NCBI GenBank assembly: GCA_944391755.1
Contig: CALXUT010000036.1
Coordinates: forward strand, 8,186 to 72,185
Direction: 5' to 3'
DNA length: 64,000 nucleotides
Source: an uncultured Clostridia bacterium
Lineage (GTDB): Bacteria > Bacillota > Clostridia > TANB77 > CAG-508
Both the position numbers and the translations under genes were made by a program. The notes beneath the pieces were generated by a model that saw only the letters and a list, made by a program, of their open reading frames with translations, searched no databases and was not told the DNA's origin. Shown one piece after another: positions 30,372-40,347 of the stretch (the stretch's first letter is position 1; each line of letters starts with the position of its first letter).

Positions 30372-32147
30372 TTGGAAATTGACAAGACTTTTTATCATAC
30401 TGATAATGATTATAATAAAGACATATATGAAGAATATGAACAAGATATAGAAAATTATATCAATCAATATGCTGTTGAAAATTATAATCAAATTATACAA
30501 CAAGATAAAAGGACGAATATTGTGTCTATTTTTTCAGAAATGAGGGCCAATATTATAAAATGGTATCCTTTTGAAAAAAACAAAAGCATATTAGAAGTGG
30601 GAGCAAATTATGGGGAAATAACGTATGACTTAGCTAAGATGTGCAATGAAGTAACATCAATTGAATTTTCTGAAAGGAAAATGCAATGTATAGCTAAAAG
30701 ATTAAACAAAGTAGAAAATGTAAAACTTATATTGTGTACGAATATAAAAGATTTAAAATTGGACGAAAAATATGATTATATAACATTAATAGGAATTTCT
30801 GAATATGCACAAAAAATAGGCTTTAAAGATCTTCTAGATATGTTAAATTGGGCACAAGAACATCTAAACGAAGATGGCAAAATCTTATTAGCAATGGATA
30901 ATAAATTTGGAGTAAAATATTTAGCTGGTTCAACCAGAAATAAACATGAAGAAAAATTTGCCAATTTTAGAGAACACATAACAACAGATTATCAACTATA
31001 TGGAAAAAATGAATTAGAAAATATCTTAAAAAGTATAGGAGAGATAATATATAAATTTTATTATCCTGTTCCAAATTACAAGTTAACACACATGATATAC
31101 ACAGATGATTATTTACCAAAAAATAGTAGATATAATATTTATTATGCAGATTATGAAGAAATCCTATTCGAAGAATTATCATTTCTAAAAGAAGCAATAA
31201 AAAATAATCAGTTTCATTTTTTTACAAATAGTTATTTAATAGAAATTTCTAAAAAAGCAATTAGCAATATAACATATGTAAACTATAGTAATATGAGAAA
31301 GGGAAAATATAAAATTATAACGAAAATTTCTTCTAATCAAGTAACAAAAGAAGCATATAAAGAAGAAGGAATAAAACATATACAACAAATACAAAAAAAT
31401 ATTGAAAGATTAAAAGCGTTAGGATTTATAACCTATGAAAAAACATTAGAAAATCAAATTATAAGTCCCTATATTTCAACACCTACGATGGATGAATATC
31501 TAAAAAAATTACTAATAGAAGACAAGCAAAGCAAATTTACGGAAGAATTAGATAAATGGTATGAATATGTAAAAAGTAAAATTCCAAAAGCAGAAAGTGA
31601 AAAAACGATATTTGAAAAATATAATATAAAAGTAAATCATAAAGAAGAATTAACTTTTTTACAGGATGGGTTTATTGATTTAATATTTCAAAATGTTTTT
31701 TATGATGGAAACGAATATATTGTATTTGATCAAGAATGGGGAGATATTGCAATCCCAATAGAATTTATCATGTATCGTTCCATTAAACAATTTTTCTTTT
31801 TAAACAAAGAGTTAGAAAATAAAATAGATAAAGAAAAAATATATGCAAAATATAAAATAGATAAATATATTGCTGTATTTGAACAATTAGAAGAAGCTTG
31901 GCAAAAAACAATTGTAGATGAAGAAATATTAAAATTCTATGCAGAAAAATGGAATAGAATCATTAGCATAGAAGATATGAAATTTAAAAGTAATCAAGAA
32001 TTAGGTAAAGTGTATTTAGAAAAAGATAAATTACAGCTAGAATTCAATAAAAAACAAGAAGAAAATATCAAATTGCAAAATGAATTAAATAGTTTAAAAA
32101 ACAATAGTAGATTTTATAGATGGACAAGATTTTTAAAAAAAGGATGA
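30372..32147 (+). CDS. Class I SAM-dependent methyltransferase domain protein (591 aa) with a C-terminal coiled coil and basic tail. Candidate chain-terminating/modifying enzyme
   Basis: Motif I ILEVGANYGE, motif II DYITLIGISEY, motif III EDGKILLA. C-terminus ...KLQNELNSLKNNSRFYRWTRFLKKG. Confidence 0.65.
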   Translation: MEIDKTFYHTDNDYNKDIYEEYEQDIENYINQYAVENYNQIIQQDKRTNIVSIFSEMRANIIKWYPFEKNKSILEVGANYGEITYDLAKMCNEVTSIEFSERKMQCIAKRLNKVENVKLILCTNIKDLKLDEKYDYITLIGISEYAQKIGFKDLLDMLNWAQEHLNEDGKILLAMDNKFGVKYLAGSTRNKHEEKFANFREHITTDYQLYGKNELENILKSIGEIIYKFYYPVPNYKLTHMIYTDDYLPKNSRYNIYYADYEEILFEELSFLKEAIKNNQFHFFTNSYLIEISKKAISNITYVNYSNMRKGKYKIITKISSNQVTKEAYKEEGIKHIQQIQKNIERLKALGFITYEKTLENQIISPYISTPTMDEYLKKLLIEDKQSKFTEELDKWYEYVKSKIPKAESEKTIFEKYNIKVNHKEELTFLQDGFIDLIFQNVFYDGNEYIVFDQEWGDIAIPIEFIMYRSIKQFFFLNKELENKIDKEKIYAKYKIDKYIAVFEQLEEAWQKTIVDEEILKFYAEKWNRIISIEDMKFKSNQELGKVYLEKDKLQLEFNKKQEENIKLQNELNSLKNNSRFYRWTRFLKKG

Positions 32148-32154
32148 TAGAAAA

Positions 32155-34125
32155 ATGGATAAATTAATTTCAGTAATAGTACCATGTTATAATATAGATA
32201 AATATATTGAAAAATGTATAAAGTCAATAGAAAATCAAACATATAAAAATATAGAAATTATTGCTGTAGATGATTGTTCTACAGATAATACAATGACGAT
32301 ATTAAAAAAATTAGCGGAAACGTATGCTAATTTAAGTGTATATCAAAATGATGCAAATAGAGGAGCAGCTTATTCAAGAAATTTTGCATTAAAAAAAGCA
32401 AAAGGCGAATTTGTAGGATTTGTAGATTCAGATGACTATATTACAGAAGACTATTATGAAAAATTACTACAAATAGCCGAAAAAGAAAATGCGGATATTG
32501 TTGCAACAGATATAGAAATCGTATACGAAGATAATGCTCAAATGCCAATATTATCGAAAGCATGCCTTGGAAAAGTCAATAAATTTAATTTAGTAAATAA
32601 TGGACTTGCTGCTTCACCATGTAATAAAATATTTAAAAAAGAACTAATCAAAAAATATCCTTTTTTAGAAGGAAAAATAAATGAAGATGTTGCATCCATT
32701 TTACCAGCATTGATTCATGCTAAAAAAGTTGCATATGTAGAAGGAATAAAATATTATTATTTACAAAGAAAAGATTCAACACAAAATGAAGAAGTAACTT
32801 TAAAAAGATTAGAAATGTTTGATTCTATTGATACATGTTTTAACCGTATAAAAGAGGATAAGGATTATCAATTATATAAAGAAGCTATATTATATCATCA
32901 ATTAATTTTATTATATATGATAATCATACCAAAACAAAAAGACTATGAAAAAAGACAAGAATTATTACAAGAATTTATGAAAAGGCAAGAAAAATATGAT
33001 TTATACAAAAACAGATATATAAAACAATTTATAAAAGAACAACCAAAAAAAGAAAGAGCATATTATAAAAAACTAGCTATGTATTTAAAAACAAAAGATG
33101 TTGTTTTAGCAAATGAAACAATACAAAATAAAGATGCAATGAACAAAGTAAAAGAAAAAGCAAAAGATATCGTAAGAAAGATTACAAAAAGAACCGTTAT
33201 CAGAAGATATATAGAAATAAAAGATATAGAAAAACTAGCTATTAAGCAATCCAAGAAGAAAGAAAATGACATAAAAGTCTCTGTAGTTATTCCAAATTAC
33301 AATTATGAAAAGTTTTTCTTAACACGTCTTTATAGTATATTAGCACAAACAGAAAAGATTTATGAATTGATTATACTAGATGATTGCTCAAAAGATAATA
33401 GTAGAAAGTTAATTGATAAAATAGTAGAAAGAATTTCGCCATATATGAATGTACAAAAAGTATATAATGAAACAAATTCGGGATGTGCTTTTAAACAATG
33501 GAAAAAAGGATTTCAATTAGCAAAAGGAGATTATGTTTGGATAGCAGAAGCAGATGATTGTTGTGATAAAAGATTATTAGAAAATCTAATAAGACCAATC
33601 AAACAAAATTCACAAATATATATATCTTACGCAGATACGGCTTTTATAAATGCATGGGATAAAATTATATTATCAACTATAAAACCAGAAATTGATATCA
33701 TGAAAACAAACCATTGGGATAATGATTTTGTAGACAAGGGAATAGAAGAAATAGAAAAATATACATTTTTAAATTGTATTATAGCAAATGTATCTTCATG
33801 TATTATAAAAAGAGATAATTATGATGATATATTTGAAAAAATAATAGATTATAAACAAGCAGGAGATTGGTTGTTTTATGTTAGTGTCATGAAAAAAGGA
33901 TATATAGCATATTGCAACAAACCTTTAAATTATTACAGATTACATGGAAATAATGTAACTAGTGTAACAAAGAAACAAAGACATTTTGATGAAATCGTAA
34001 GAGTCCATAATGAAATAAGAAAAATGATAAAAATGACAGAATGGCATGAAGAACAGATACAAAAAAGATATGATTTCCTAAAAAGAGTGTGGGAATTAGA
34101 GGGGGATAATAATGAAAAAAATTAA
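32155..34125 (+). CDS. Dual-domain glycosyltransferase (two GT2 domains, 656 aa); candidate polymerase
   Basis: VIVPCYN..VDDCSTD and VVIPNYN..LDDCSKD modules are separated by a basic linker. Confidence 0.8.
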   Translation: MDKLISVIVPCYNIDKYIEKCIKSIENQTYKNIEIIAVDDCSTDNTMTILKKLAETYANLSVYQNDANRGAAYSRNFALKKAKGEFVGFVDSDDYITEDYYEKLLQIAEKENADIVATDIEIVYEDNAQMPILSKACLGKVNKFNLVNNGLAASPCNKIFKKELIKKYPFLEGKINEDVASILPALIHAKKVAYVEGIKYYYLQRKDSTQNEEVTLKRLEMFDSIDTCFNRIKEDKDYQLYKEAILYHQLILLYMIIIPKQKDYEKRQELLQEFMKRQEKYDLYKNRYIKQFIKEQPKKERAYYKKLAMYLKTKDVVLANETIQNKDAMNKVKEKAKDIVRKITKRTVIRRYIEIKDIEKLAIKQSKKKENDIKVSVVIPNYNYEKFFLTRLYSILAQTEKIYELIILDDCSKDNSRKLIDKIVERISPYMNVQKVYNETNSGCAFKQWKKGFQLAKGDYVWIAEADDCCDKRLLENLIRPIKQNSQIYISYADTAFINAWDKIILSTIKPEIDIMKTNHWDNDFVDKGIEEIEKYTFLNCIIANVSSCIIKRDNYDDIFEKIIDYKQAGDWLFYVSVMKKGYIAYCNKPLNYYRLHGNNVTSVTKKQRHFDEIVRVHNEIRKMIKMTEWHEEQIQKRYDFLKRVWELEGDNNEKN

Positions 34126-35950
34126 TTTAAGTTTTTTTGTATTATTAGTACTTTTCACGCAAGTTATATTTACAGATATTATCATCTATTTTACTAGCTT
34201 AAGATATATAATAGCTAATGTCATAGGATTAGCAATGAATATAATCTTAATAGTACTTTTAATAAAGAAAAAAATAATTAGTATACAATCAGATTTTAAT
34301 AAATGGGATTTGATTTTTCTCGCAATTATCTTTATAACAACATTAGCAACTATCATATTCCCAGACGAATTTTGGGATTCTTATAGTTATCATCTTTATT
34401 TACAAGAAAATCCATTTGCTGACAAAATAACAGATGATTTTTTCCCAGGAAGAACACTAACTTCATTTGTCTTTCCTATTGTGGATAGAATTTTTAATAT
34501 GTTTAGAAGTGAGTTAGGGTTTCGATTAGGTACATTACCAGGATATTTTGTTATTGTAGTCATGTACTATCAAATAAAAAAGATATTGAAACAGTTAATA
34601 AAAAAGGACATAGAAGAAAAATACATATCTATATTAGCAATCATTCCTTTAGGGGCATTTATCATATTACAACAAATGGGAACATATTATATTGACAATT
34701 TTTCTATAGTGATTTTATTAGAATTTATATATATCATATTATATGAATCTGATGGAATATTTAAAAACAAAATCAATTTATATTTTTTAGCATTTATAAC
34801 AGGAATAGGAGTCTGTATTAAGATAACAAATGCTATCTATATGATTGGACCATTAGTATATGTATTGATAAAAAATATAAAAGATATAAAACAAATAAAA
34901 TGGTATGATTATATTCTTTTAATAGTAACAGCATTTTTACCAATGCTACCATATTTTTTAGATGCAGTTATACAAACAGGAAGTCCAGTATTTCCATATT
35001 ATAATACCATATTTAAATCAGAATATTTTGCGGAAACTAATTGGATGGATGATAGATATGGACCTAAAAATATATTACAATTCCTAATATGGCCAATATA
35101 TATAATATTTAATCCAAGAAAAGCATATGAAGTTGGCAATACAGATATAGCTTTTGCTATTGGGTATGTGATTATTATTGGATATATATTAAAAATAGTG
35201 TATAAGAAACTTATAAAAAAAGAAAAAATCAAAATTGATAATATGCTAATATATGTATTAACACTATTATATTTATATTTCGTATGGGAATTATTTATTA
35301 TAGGTTATACAAGATATGCGGGAATTATTGTTGTAATGTCATCAATACTAATGATAAAAGTATTTTTAGATTCTATTGAAAAACAAAAAATTGTCATTAC
35401 TCTTTTAGTAGCAGGATTGTTATTTTATGGTGGATGTCAATCAGCAATCCAATATGTGCAAAATGGTTCGCCAATAAGATATGTACAAGCATTAAATAAA
35501 GTGCCTGATTCTTTCAATATCATAAAACAAAATGTAGGATGTTTATTGAAAGACAAAGAAAATATAAAATATGATATAGATGGTGTTTGGGGAGTCATAT
35601 ATGACGATAGTGCTATTCCTATGTTATTAAATACAGATGATAGATTAGTGCATTTGGAATATGGCACAAAGACGGGAGAATCAGAAAAGGCAAAGGAACT
35701 TTATTGGGATAATATATTAAACAATGAAATATATGTACCTTTATATTCTTTTAAAACAGAAGGAAAGCTAGAGTATTTTGATATATTCCATTTTGAAATA
35801 ACAGAAATCGTTGATGTTATACCATATGTGAACTTTTTACAAGGAAACCAAACTATTTATATAGTAAAAGTTAAATATAATGAAAATATTTCAGAGGGAA
35901 ATAAAGAAATATTTGAAAGATTACAGCAAGAAATCATACAGGAAAATTAG
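34112..35950 (+). CDS. Polytopic membrane protein (612 aa), GT-C-like, with a PDEFWD motif after the early TM segments
   Basis: More than 10 predicted TM helices plus a C-terminal soluble domain. Confidence 0.55.
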   Translation: MKKINLSFFVLLVLFTQVIFTDIIIYFTSLRYIIANVIGLAMNIILIVLLIKKKIISIQSDFNKWDLIFLAIIFITTLATIIFPDEFWDSYSYHLYLQENPFADKITDDFFPGRTLTSFVFPIVDRIFNMFRSELGFRLGTLPGYFVIVVMYYQIKKILKQLIKKDIEEKYISILAIIPLGAFIILQQMGTYYIDNFSIVILLEFIYIILYESDGIFKNKINLYFLAFITGIGVCIKITNAIYMIGPLVYVLIKNIKDIKQIKWYDYILLIVTAFLPMLPYFLDAVIQTGSPVFPYYNTIFKSEYFAETNWMDDRYGPKNILQFLIWPIYIIFNPRKAYEVGNTDIAFAIGYVIIIGYILKIVYKKLIKKEKIKIDNMLIYVLTLLYLYFVWELFIIGYTRYAGIIVVMSSILMIKVFLDSIEKQKIVITLLVAGLLFYGGCQSAIQYVQNGSPIRYVQALNKVPDSFNIIKQNVGCLLKDKENIKYDIDGVWGVIYDDSAIPMLLNTDDRLVHLEYGTKTGESEKAKELYWDNILNNEIYVPLYSFKTEGKLEYFDIFHFEITEIVDVIPYVNFLQGNQTIYIVKVKYNENISEGNKEIFERLQQEIIQEN

Positions 35951-35959
35951 GAGGAAAAT

Positions 35960-36886
35960 ATGAAAAGCAAAATAGCAGTATTAATACCATGTTATAATGA
36001 AAGTAAAACCATAGAAAAAGTTGTTAAAGATTATAAAAAAGCACTTCCAGAAGCAGATATATATGTTTATGATAACAATTCAACAGATGGAACAGCAGAA
36101 ATAGCCGAAAAAGCAGGAGCAATTATAAAACATGAATATAGACAAGGAAAAGGAAATGTCATAAGAAGTATGTTTAGACAAATTGATGCAGATTGTTATT
36201 TAATGGTAGACGGTGATGATACCTATCCAGCTGAAAGTGCCAGAGAAATGTGTGATTTGGTATTAGAAAGAAAAGCGGATATGGTAGTTGGAGATAGATT
36301 ATCTTCAACATACTTTACGGAAAATAAAAGACCTTTTCATAACTTTGGAAATAGAATTGTGAGATTTTTAATAAATAAACTATTTAAAAATAAAATAAAA
36401 GATATTATGACAGGATATAGAGCATTTAGTTATGAATTTGCCAAAACATTTCCTGTATTATCAAAAGGATTTGAAATTGAAACAGAAATGACAATACATG
36501 CAGTAGATAAGAATTTTATGATTCAAGAGATACCAGTGACTTATAGAGATAGACCAGAAGGAAGTGTTTCAAAATTAAATACATATAAAGATGGATTTAA
36601 AGTTTTAAAATTAATTGCTACATTATTTAAAGAATACAAACCATTTTTCTTCTTTAATATTGTGGCTGTGTTGTTAGCAATTATATCTTTAATTTTTGTA
36701 GTACCAGTATTTAATGAATATTTTCAAACTGGTTTAGTATTAAAATTTCCTACATTAATTGTAGGAGGATTTGTAATGTTAGCAGCAATTTTATCATTTG
36801 TTTGTGGAGTCATTTTAGATGTCATTGTAAAAAAACATAGACAATTATTTGAACTTATGTTAAATCAGCTTAAGAAAGAGGAATAG
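35960..36886 (+). CDS. GtrB/CsbB-like polyprenyl-phosphate glycosyltransferase (GT2 with two C-terminal TM helices)
   Basis: VLIPCYNE...DNNSTDGT...DGDD. Two C-terminal TM segments. Confidence 0.8.
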   Translation: MKSKIAVLIPCYNESKTIEKVVKDYKKALPEADIYVYDNNSTDGTAEIAEKAGAIIKHEYRQGKGNVIRSMFRQIDADCYLMVDGDDTYPAESAREMCDLVLERKADMVVGDRLSSTYFTENKRPFHNFGNRIVRFLINKLFKNKIKDIMTGYRAFSYEFAKTFPVLSKGFEIETEMTIHAVDKNFMIQEIPVTYRDRPEGSVSKLNTYKDGFKVLKLIATLFKEYKPFFFFNIVAVLLAIISLIFVVPVFNEYFQTGLVLKFPTLIVGGFVMLAAILSFVCGVILDVIVKKHRQLFELMLNQLKKEE

Positions 36887-36887
36887 T

Positions 36888-38435
36888 ATGAAAGAATTTT
36901 TTAAAAAAACAGAAAATATCATCAGAAAAGTGATAAGTTGTAGATTCTTATATTATATTGCAGCCATATTATTATTTTTAGGAACCTATTATTTAGATTT
37001 AAAAACAAAAGTAGAAGGTGCAGGGCAATTAGATGGTAATCATTTGAAATATTTTTTAATTGTTGCAGGCGTTACTGGAATTCTTGTTGCTATATTAACA
37101 ATATTCTCTAAAAAGTTATATCAAAAATTGCCAGCCCATATTGTGTACATAATTTTAGCATTACTTATTGGAGGAATATACATTTTTGTAATACCTTTAT
37201 GTGCACAAAGTGATGAACCAGCTCATTTATATAGAGCATGGCAAACTGCAAAAGGAGAAATTGTAGCACCTTTAAATGAAGGAGAATTTAAAACCGAATT
37301 ACCAAAATCTTTGGTAGATATGATTTATGTAAATAGTGAGGGTAAATTAAGAGAATATAAAAAATATTATGATATAAAAGAAATGGCAAAAATTCCTTTA
37401 AATGAAGATGAAACGGAAATGGTTAACACTGTAGGAAATTATCATGGAGTTAGTTATTTGCCGCAAATAGTAGGTTTAAAAATAGGAATGCTATGTAAAT
37501 TAACTCCTTACTGTACAGCAATGCTTGGAAGAATTACTGGATTAATTATAACTGTATTTTTATTTGCATGGGGAATTTATAAATTACCAAAACATAAATT
37601 ATTTGCTACAATCATATTATTATGTCCAGTTGTACTATCCTATGCTGCAAGTTTTTCAGCAGATAATATGACATTAGCAAGTGTATTTTTGCTTATCAGT
37701 TATGTATATTATTATATGCACACAAAAGAGAAAATTAAGAAAAGACATTATATATTGTTTGCTATTTTAACATTTATTATTGCTGTTTCTAAAATTGCAT
37801 ATATACCAATTATTGGTATTTTCATATTCTTACCAAAAGAATGTTTTGAAAATAATAAAAGGAAATGGATATGTGCAATAGGATTTATTGTTTTGGGATT
37901 CATTACGACAATTTGGTGGATGAGAACAGCAGCAATTAGTGCAACAGGAGGAGATCCAACAAATACCAATACATGGATTTATACAAACCCAATAGGATAT
38001 TTAATTGTTCTATTCAGAACAACAATCAGTAGTGCATGGGATTATGTATCAAATATGTTTGCAGGACATTATCTATGTCATAATCAAGTCAACCCATATT
38101 CGATAGTTCCTATTGCCTATATTATTATTGCGGTAATAGCATATTTCAGTGATGAAAATACAGATAAAACAACAATGTATAAAAAATTAATATCTTTTGG
38201 AATCATTGCATGTTCCTATGTATTAATAAGTACAGCAATGTATGTATATAATACAAGCTTTAAAAGTGGAACAATTATGGGGGTTCAAGGAAGATATTTA
38301 GTACCATTATTGTTTATGCTAATCTTTTTTGCAAATAGTAAAAAATGGAATGTACAAGAACATAGACTAACCAATGTAGCATTAATTACGAACTATGTAG
38401 TATATTTAGCAATGATGACAAAATTTTTTATATAG
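36888..38435 (+). CDS. Polytopic membrane protein (515 aa), GT-C-like, with an SDEPAH motif
   Basis: Multiple TM helices. Paralogous to 40348 (PDESAH). Confidence 0.55.
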   Translation: MKEFFKKTENIIRKVISCRFLYYIAAILLFLGTYYLDLKTKVEGAGQLDGNHLKYFLIVAGVTGILVAILTIFSKKLYQKLPAHIVYIILALLIGGIYIFVIPLCAQSDEPAHLYRAWQTAKGEIVAPLNEGEFKTELPKSLVDMIYVNSEGKLREYKKYYDIKEMAKIPLNEDETEMVNTVGNYHGVSYLPQIVGLKIGMLCKLTPYCTAMLGRITGLIITVFLFAWGIYKLPKHKLFATIILLCPVVLSYAASFSADNMTLASVFLLISYVYYYMHTKEKIKKRHYILFAILTFIIAVSKIAYIPIIGIFIFLPKECFENNKRKWICAIGFIVLGFITTIWWMRTAAISATGGDPTNTNTWIYTNPIGYLIVLFRTTISSAWDYVSNMFAGHYLCHNQVNPYSIVPIAYIIIAVIAYFSDENTDKTTMYKKLISFGIIACSYVLISTAMYVYNTSFKSGTIMGVQGRYLVPLLFMLIFFANSKKWNVQEHRLTNVALITNYVVYLAMMTKFFI

Positions 38436-38456
38436 TAAAATAGAAAGGAATATGGA

Positions 38457-40346
38457 ATGAACAAATTTGTGCAAATAAAAGATGAAATTATAAATTTTAC
38501 ATTGCCAGTAGAAAGTAAAAGAAGAATGTGCTTTCAATATCTATTTAGATTATTTAAAAGTAAAGAAAATAGACAACAATTAAAGAAAAAAATAAAACAA
38601 GTTGGTTTGTACAAAGCATTCAGATATTCCTTTTATAAACTTGTTGTTGTAGGAAGTAGAGAATATCAAGAAGAAAGATATGCAAAATGGATAGGAAAAA
38701 ATCAACTTACTGATGAAGAAAAAGAAAAACAAAGAAAAACAGAATTTACATATTCTCCACTTCTAAGTATAATTACACCATTATATAACACACCCCAAAA
38801 TTATTTTGTAGATTATATAAAAAGTATTCAAAATCAGACATATGCAAATTGGGAAGTATGTTTAGTAGATGCAAGTTCTAAACCACTAGAATATATAGAA
38901 GAAATTATAAAAAGTGATGATAGAATAAAATATAAGATTTTAAAAGAAAATAAAGGAATATCCGAAAATTCTAATGAAGCTATAAAAATGGCAAAAGGAG
39001 AATTTATTGTACTCGTAGATCATGATGATATGATAGCAGAAAATGCATTATTTGAAATAGTAGAAAAGATAAATACAATTCCAGAAGCAGATTTTCTATA
39101 TAGTGATGAAGATAAATTTGAGAATACATTGGATGATAGATATTCTCCATTCTTTAAGCCAGATTTTTCACCAGATTTTTTAAGAAGTACCAATTATATT
39201 TGTCACTTAAGTTGTATAAAAACATCTTTGTTAGAACAAATAGGAAATTTTAGAAAAGAATTTGATGGGGCTCAAGACTATGATTTATTTTTAAGAGCAA
39301 GTGAAAAAGCGAATAAGATTATCCATATTCCAAAAGTATTATATCATTGGAGAGTCCATAATTCCTCTACTGCACAAAATATGGAAACAAAGATGTATGC
39401 AATAGAAGCTGGAAGAAAAGCGATTCAAGAACATTGTCATAGAATGAAATTACCAATAAAAACAGTAGAATGTGAAAGACCTTTGGGATTATATAGAGTA
39501 AAATATGAATTAAAAGAAACACCTTTTGTATCCATAATCATACCGAATAAGGATTCAATATCCTACTTGAAAAGAGTCATAAAATCCATAGTAAAATCTA
39601 CATATTCCAATTATGAAATCATCATTGTAGAAAATAATAGTAAAAACAAGAAAACTTTTCAATATTATGATATAATACAAAAAAATCCAAAAATAAAAGT
39701 AATAAAATATAAAGAAAAAGGATTTAATTTTTCTAAAATCAATAATTTCGCAGAAAAATATGCAAAAGGAGAATATATTTTATTATTAAATAATGATATT
39801 AAAGTAATCAATCTCGAGTGGATAGAAGAAATGTTATCGATATGTCAAAGAGAGGATGTTGGAATTGTTGGAGCAAAATTATTGTATAAAGACAAAACTG
39901 TTCAACATGCAGGAGTAGTGATAGGTATGGGAGGAATAGCTGGACATGTTAATAGAACGATATCAGATAAAAATCCAGGATATTATGGTAGAGTAAAAGT
40001 AATCAATAACTATTCAGCTGTTACAGCAGCATGTTTAATGACGAAAAAAGACTTATTTGAAAAAGTAGAAGGACTTGATGCAGCATTTGAAGTAGCATTT
40101 AATGATGTAGATTATTGCATGAAAATAAGAGAACTTGGTAAATTAGTAGTGTATACACCATATGCGAAATTATATCATTATGAATCAAAATCTAGAGGAT
40201 ATGAAGACACTCCTGAAAAAAAGAAAAGATTTGCTAGAGAAATCAACTTATTTGAAAAAAAATGGAAAAAAGAATTAGAACAAGGTGATCCCTATTTTAA
40301 TATAAATTTAGACTTATATTCAGAGCAGTGTGAAATAAAGGAGTAA
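38457..40346 (+). CDS. Dual-domain glycosyltransferase (two GT2 domains, 629 aa)
   Basis: IITPLYN..LVDASSK and IIIPNKD..IIIVENNS modules. C-terminal NDVDYCMKIRE motif. Confidence 0.8.
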   Translation: MNKFVQIKDEIINFTLPVESKRRMCFQYLFRLFKSKENRQQLKKKIKQVGLYKAFRYSFYKLVVVGSREYQEERYAKWIGKNQLTDEEKEKQRKTEFTYSPLLSIITPLYNTPQNYFVDYIKSIQNQTYANWEVCLVDASSKPLEYIEEIIKSDDRIKYKILKENKGISENSNEAIKMAKGEFIVLVDHDDMIAENALFEIVEKINTIPEADFLYSDEDKFENTLDDRYSPFFKPDFSPDFLRSTNYICHLSCIKTSLLEQIGNFRKEFDGAQDYDLFLRASEKANKIIHIPKVLYHWRVHNSSTAQNMETKMYAIEAGRKAIQEHCHRMKLPIKTVECERPLGLYRVKYELKETPFVSIIIPNKDSISYLKRVIKSIVKSTYSNYEIIIVENNSKNKKTFQYYDIIQKNPKIKVIKYKEKGFNFSKINNFAEKYAKGEYILLLNNDIKVINLEWIEEMLSICQREDVGIVGAKLLYKDKTVQHAGVVIGMGGIAGHVNRTISDKNPGYYGRVKVINNYSAVTAACLMTKKDLFEKVEGLDAAFEVAFNDVDYCMKIRELGKLVVYTPYAKLYHYESKSRGYEDTPEKKKRFAREINLFEKKWKKELEQGDPYFNINLDLYSEQCEIKE

Positions 40347-40347
40347 A

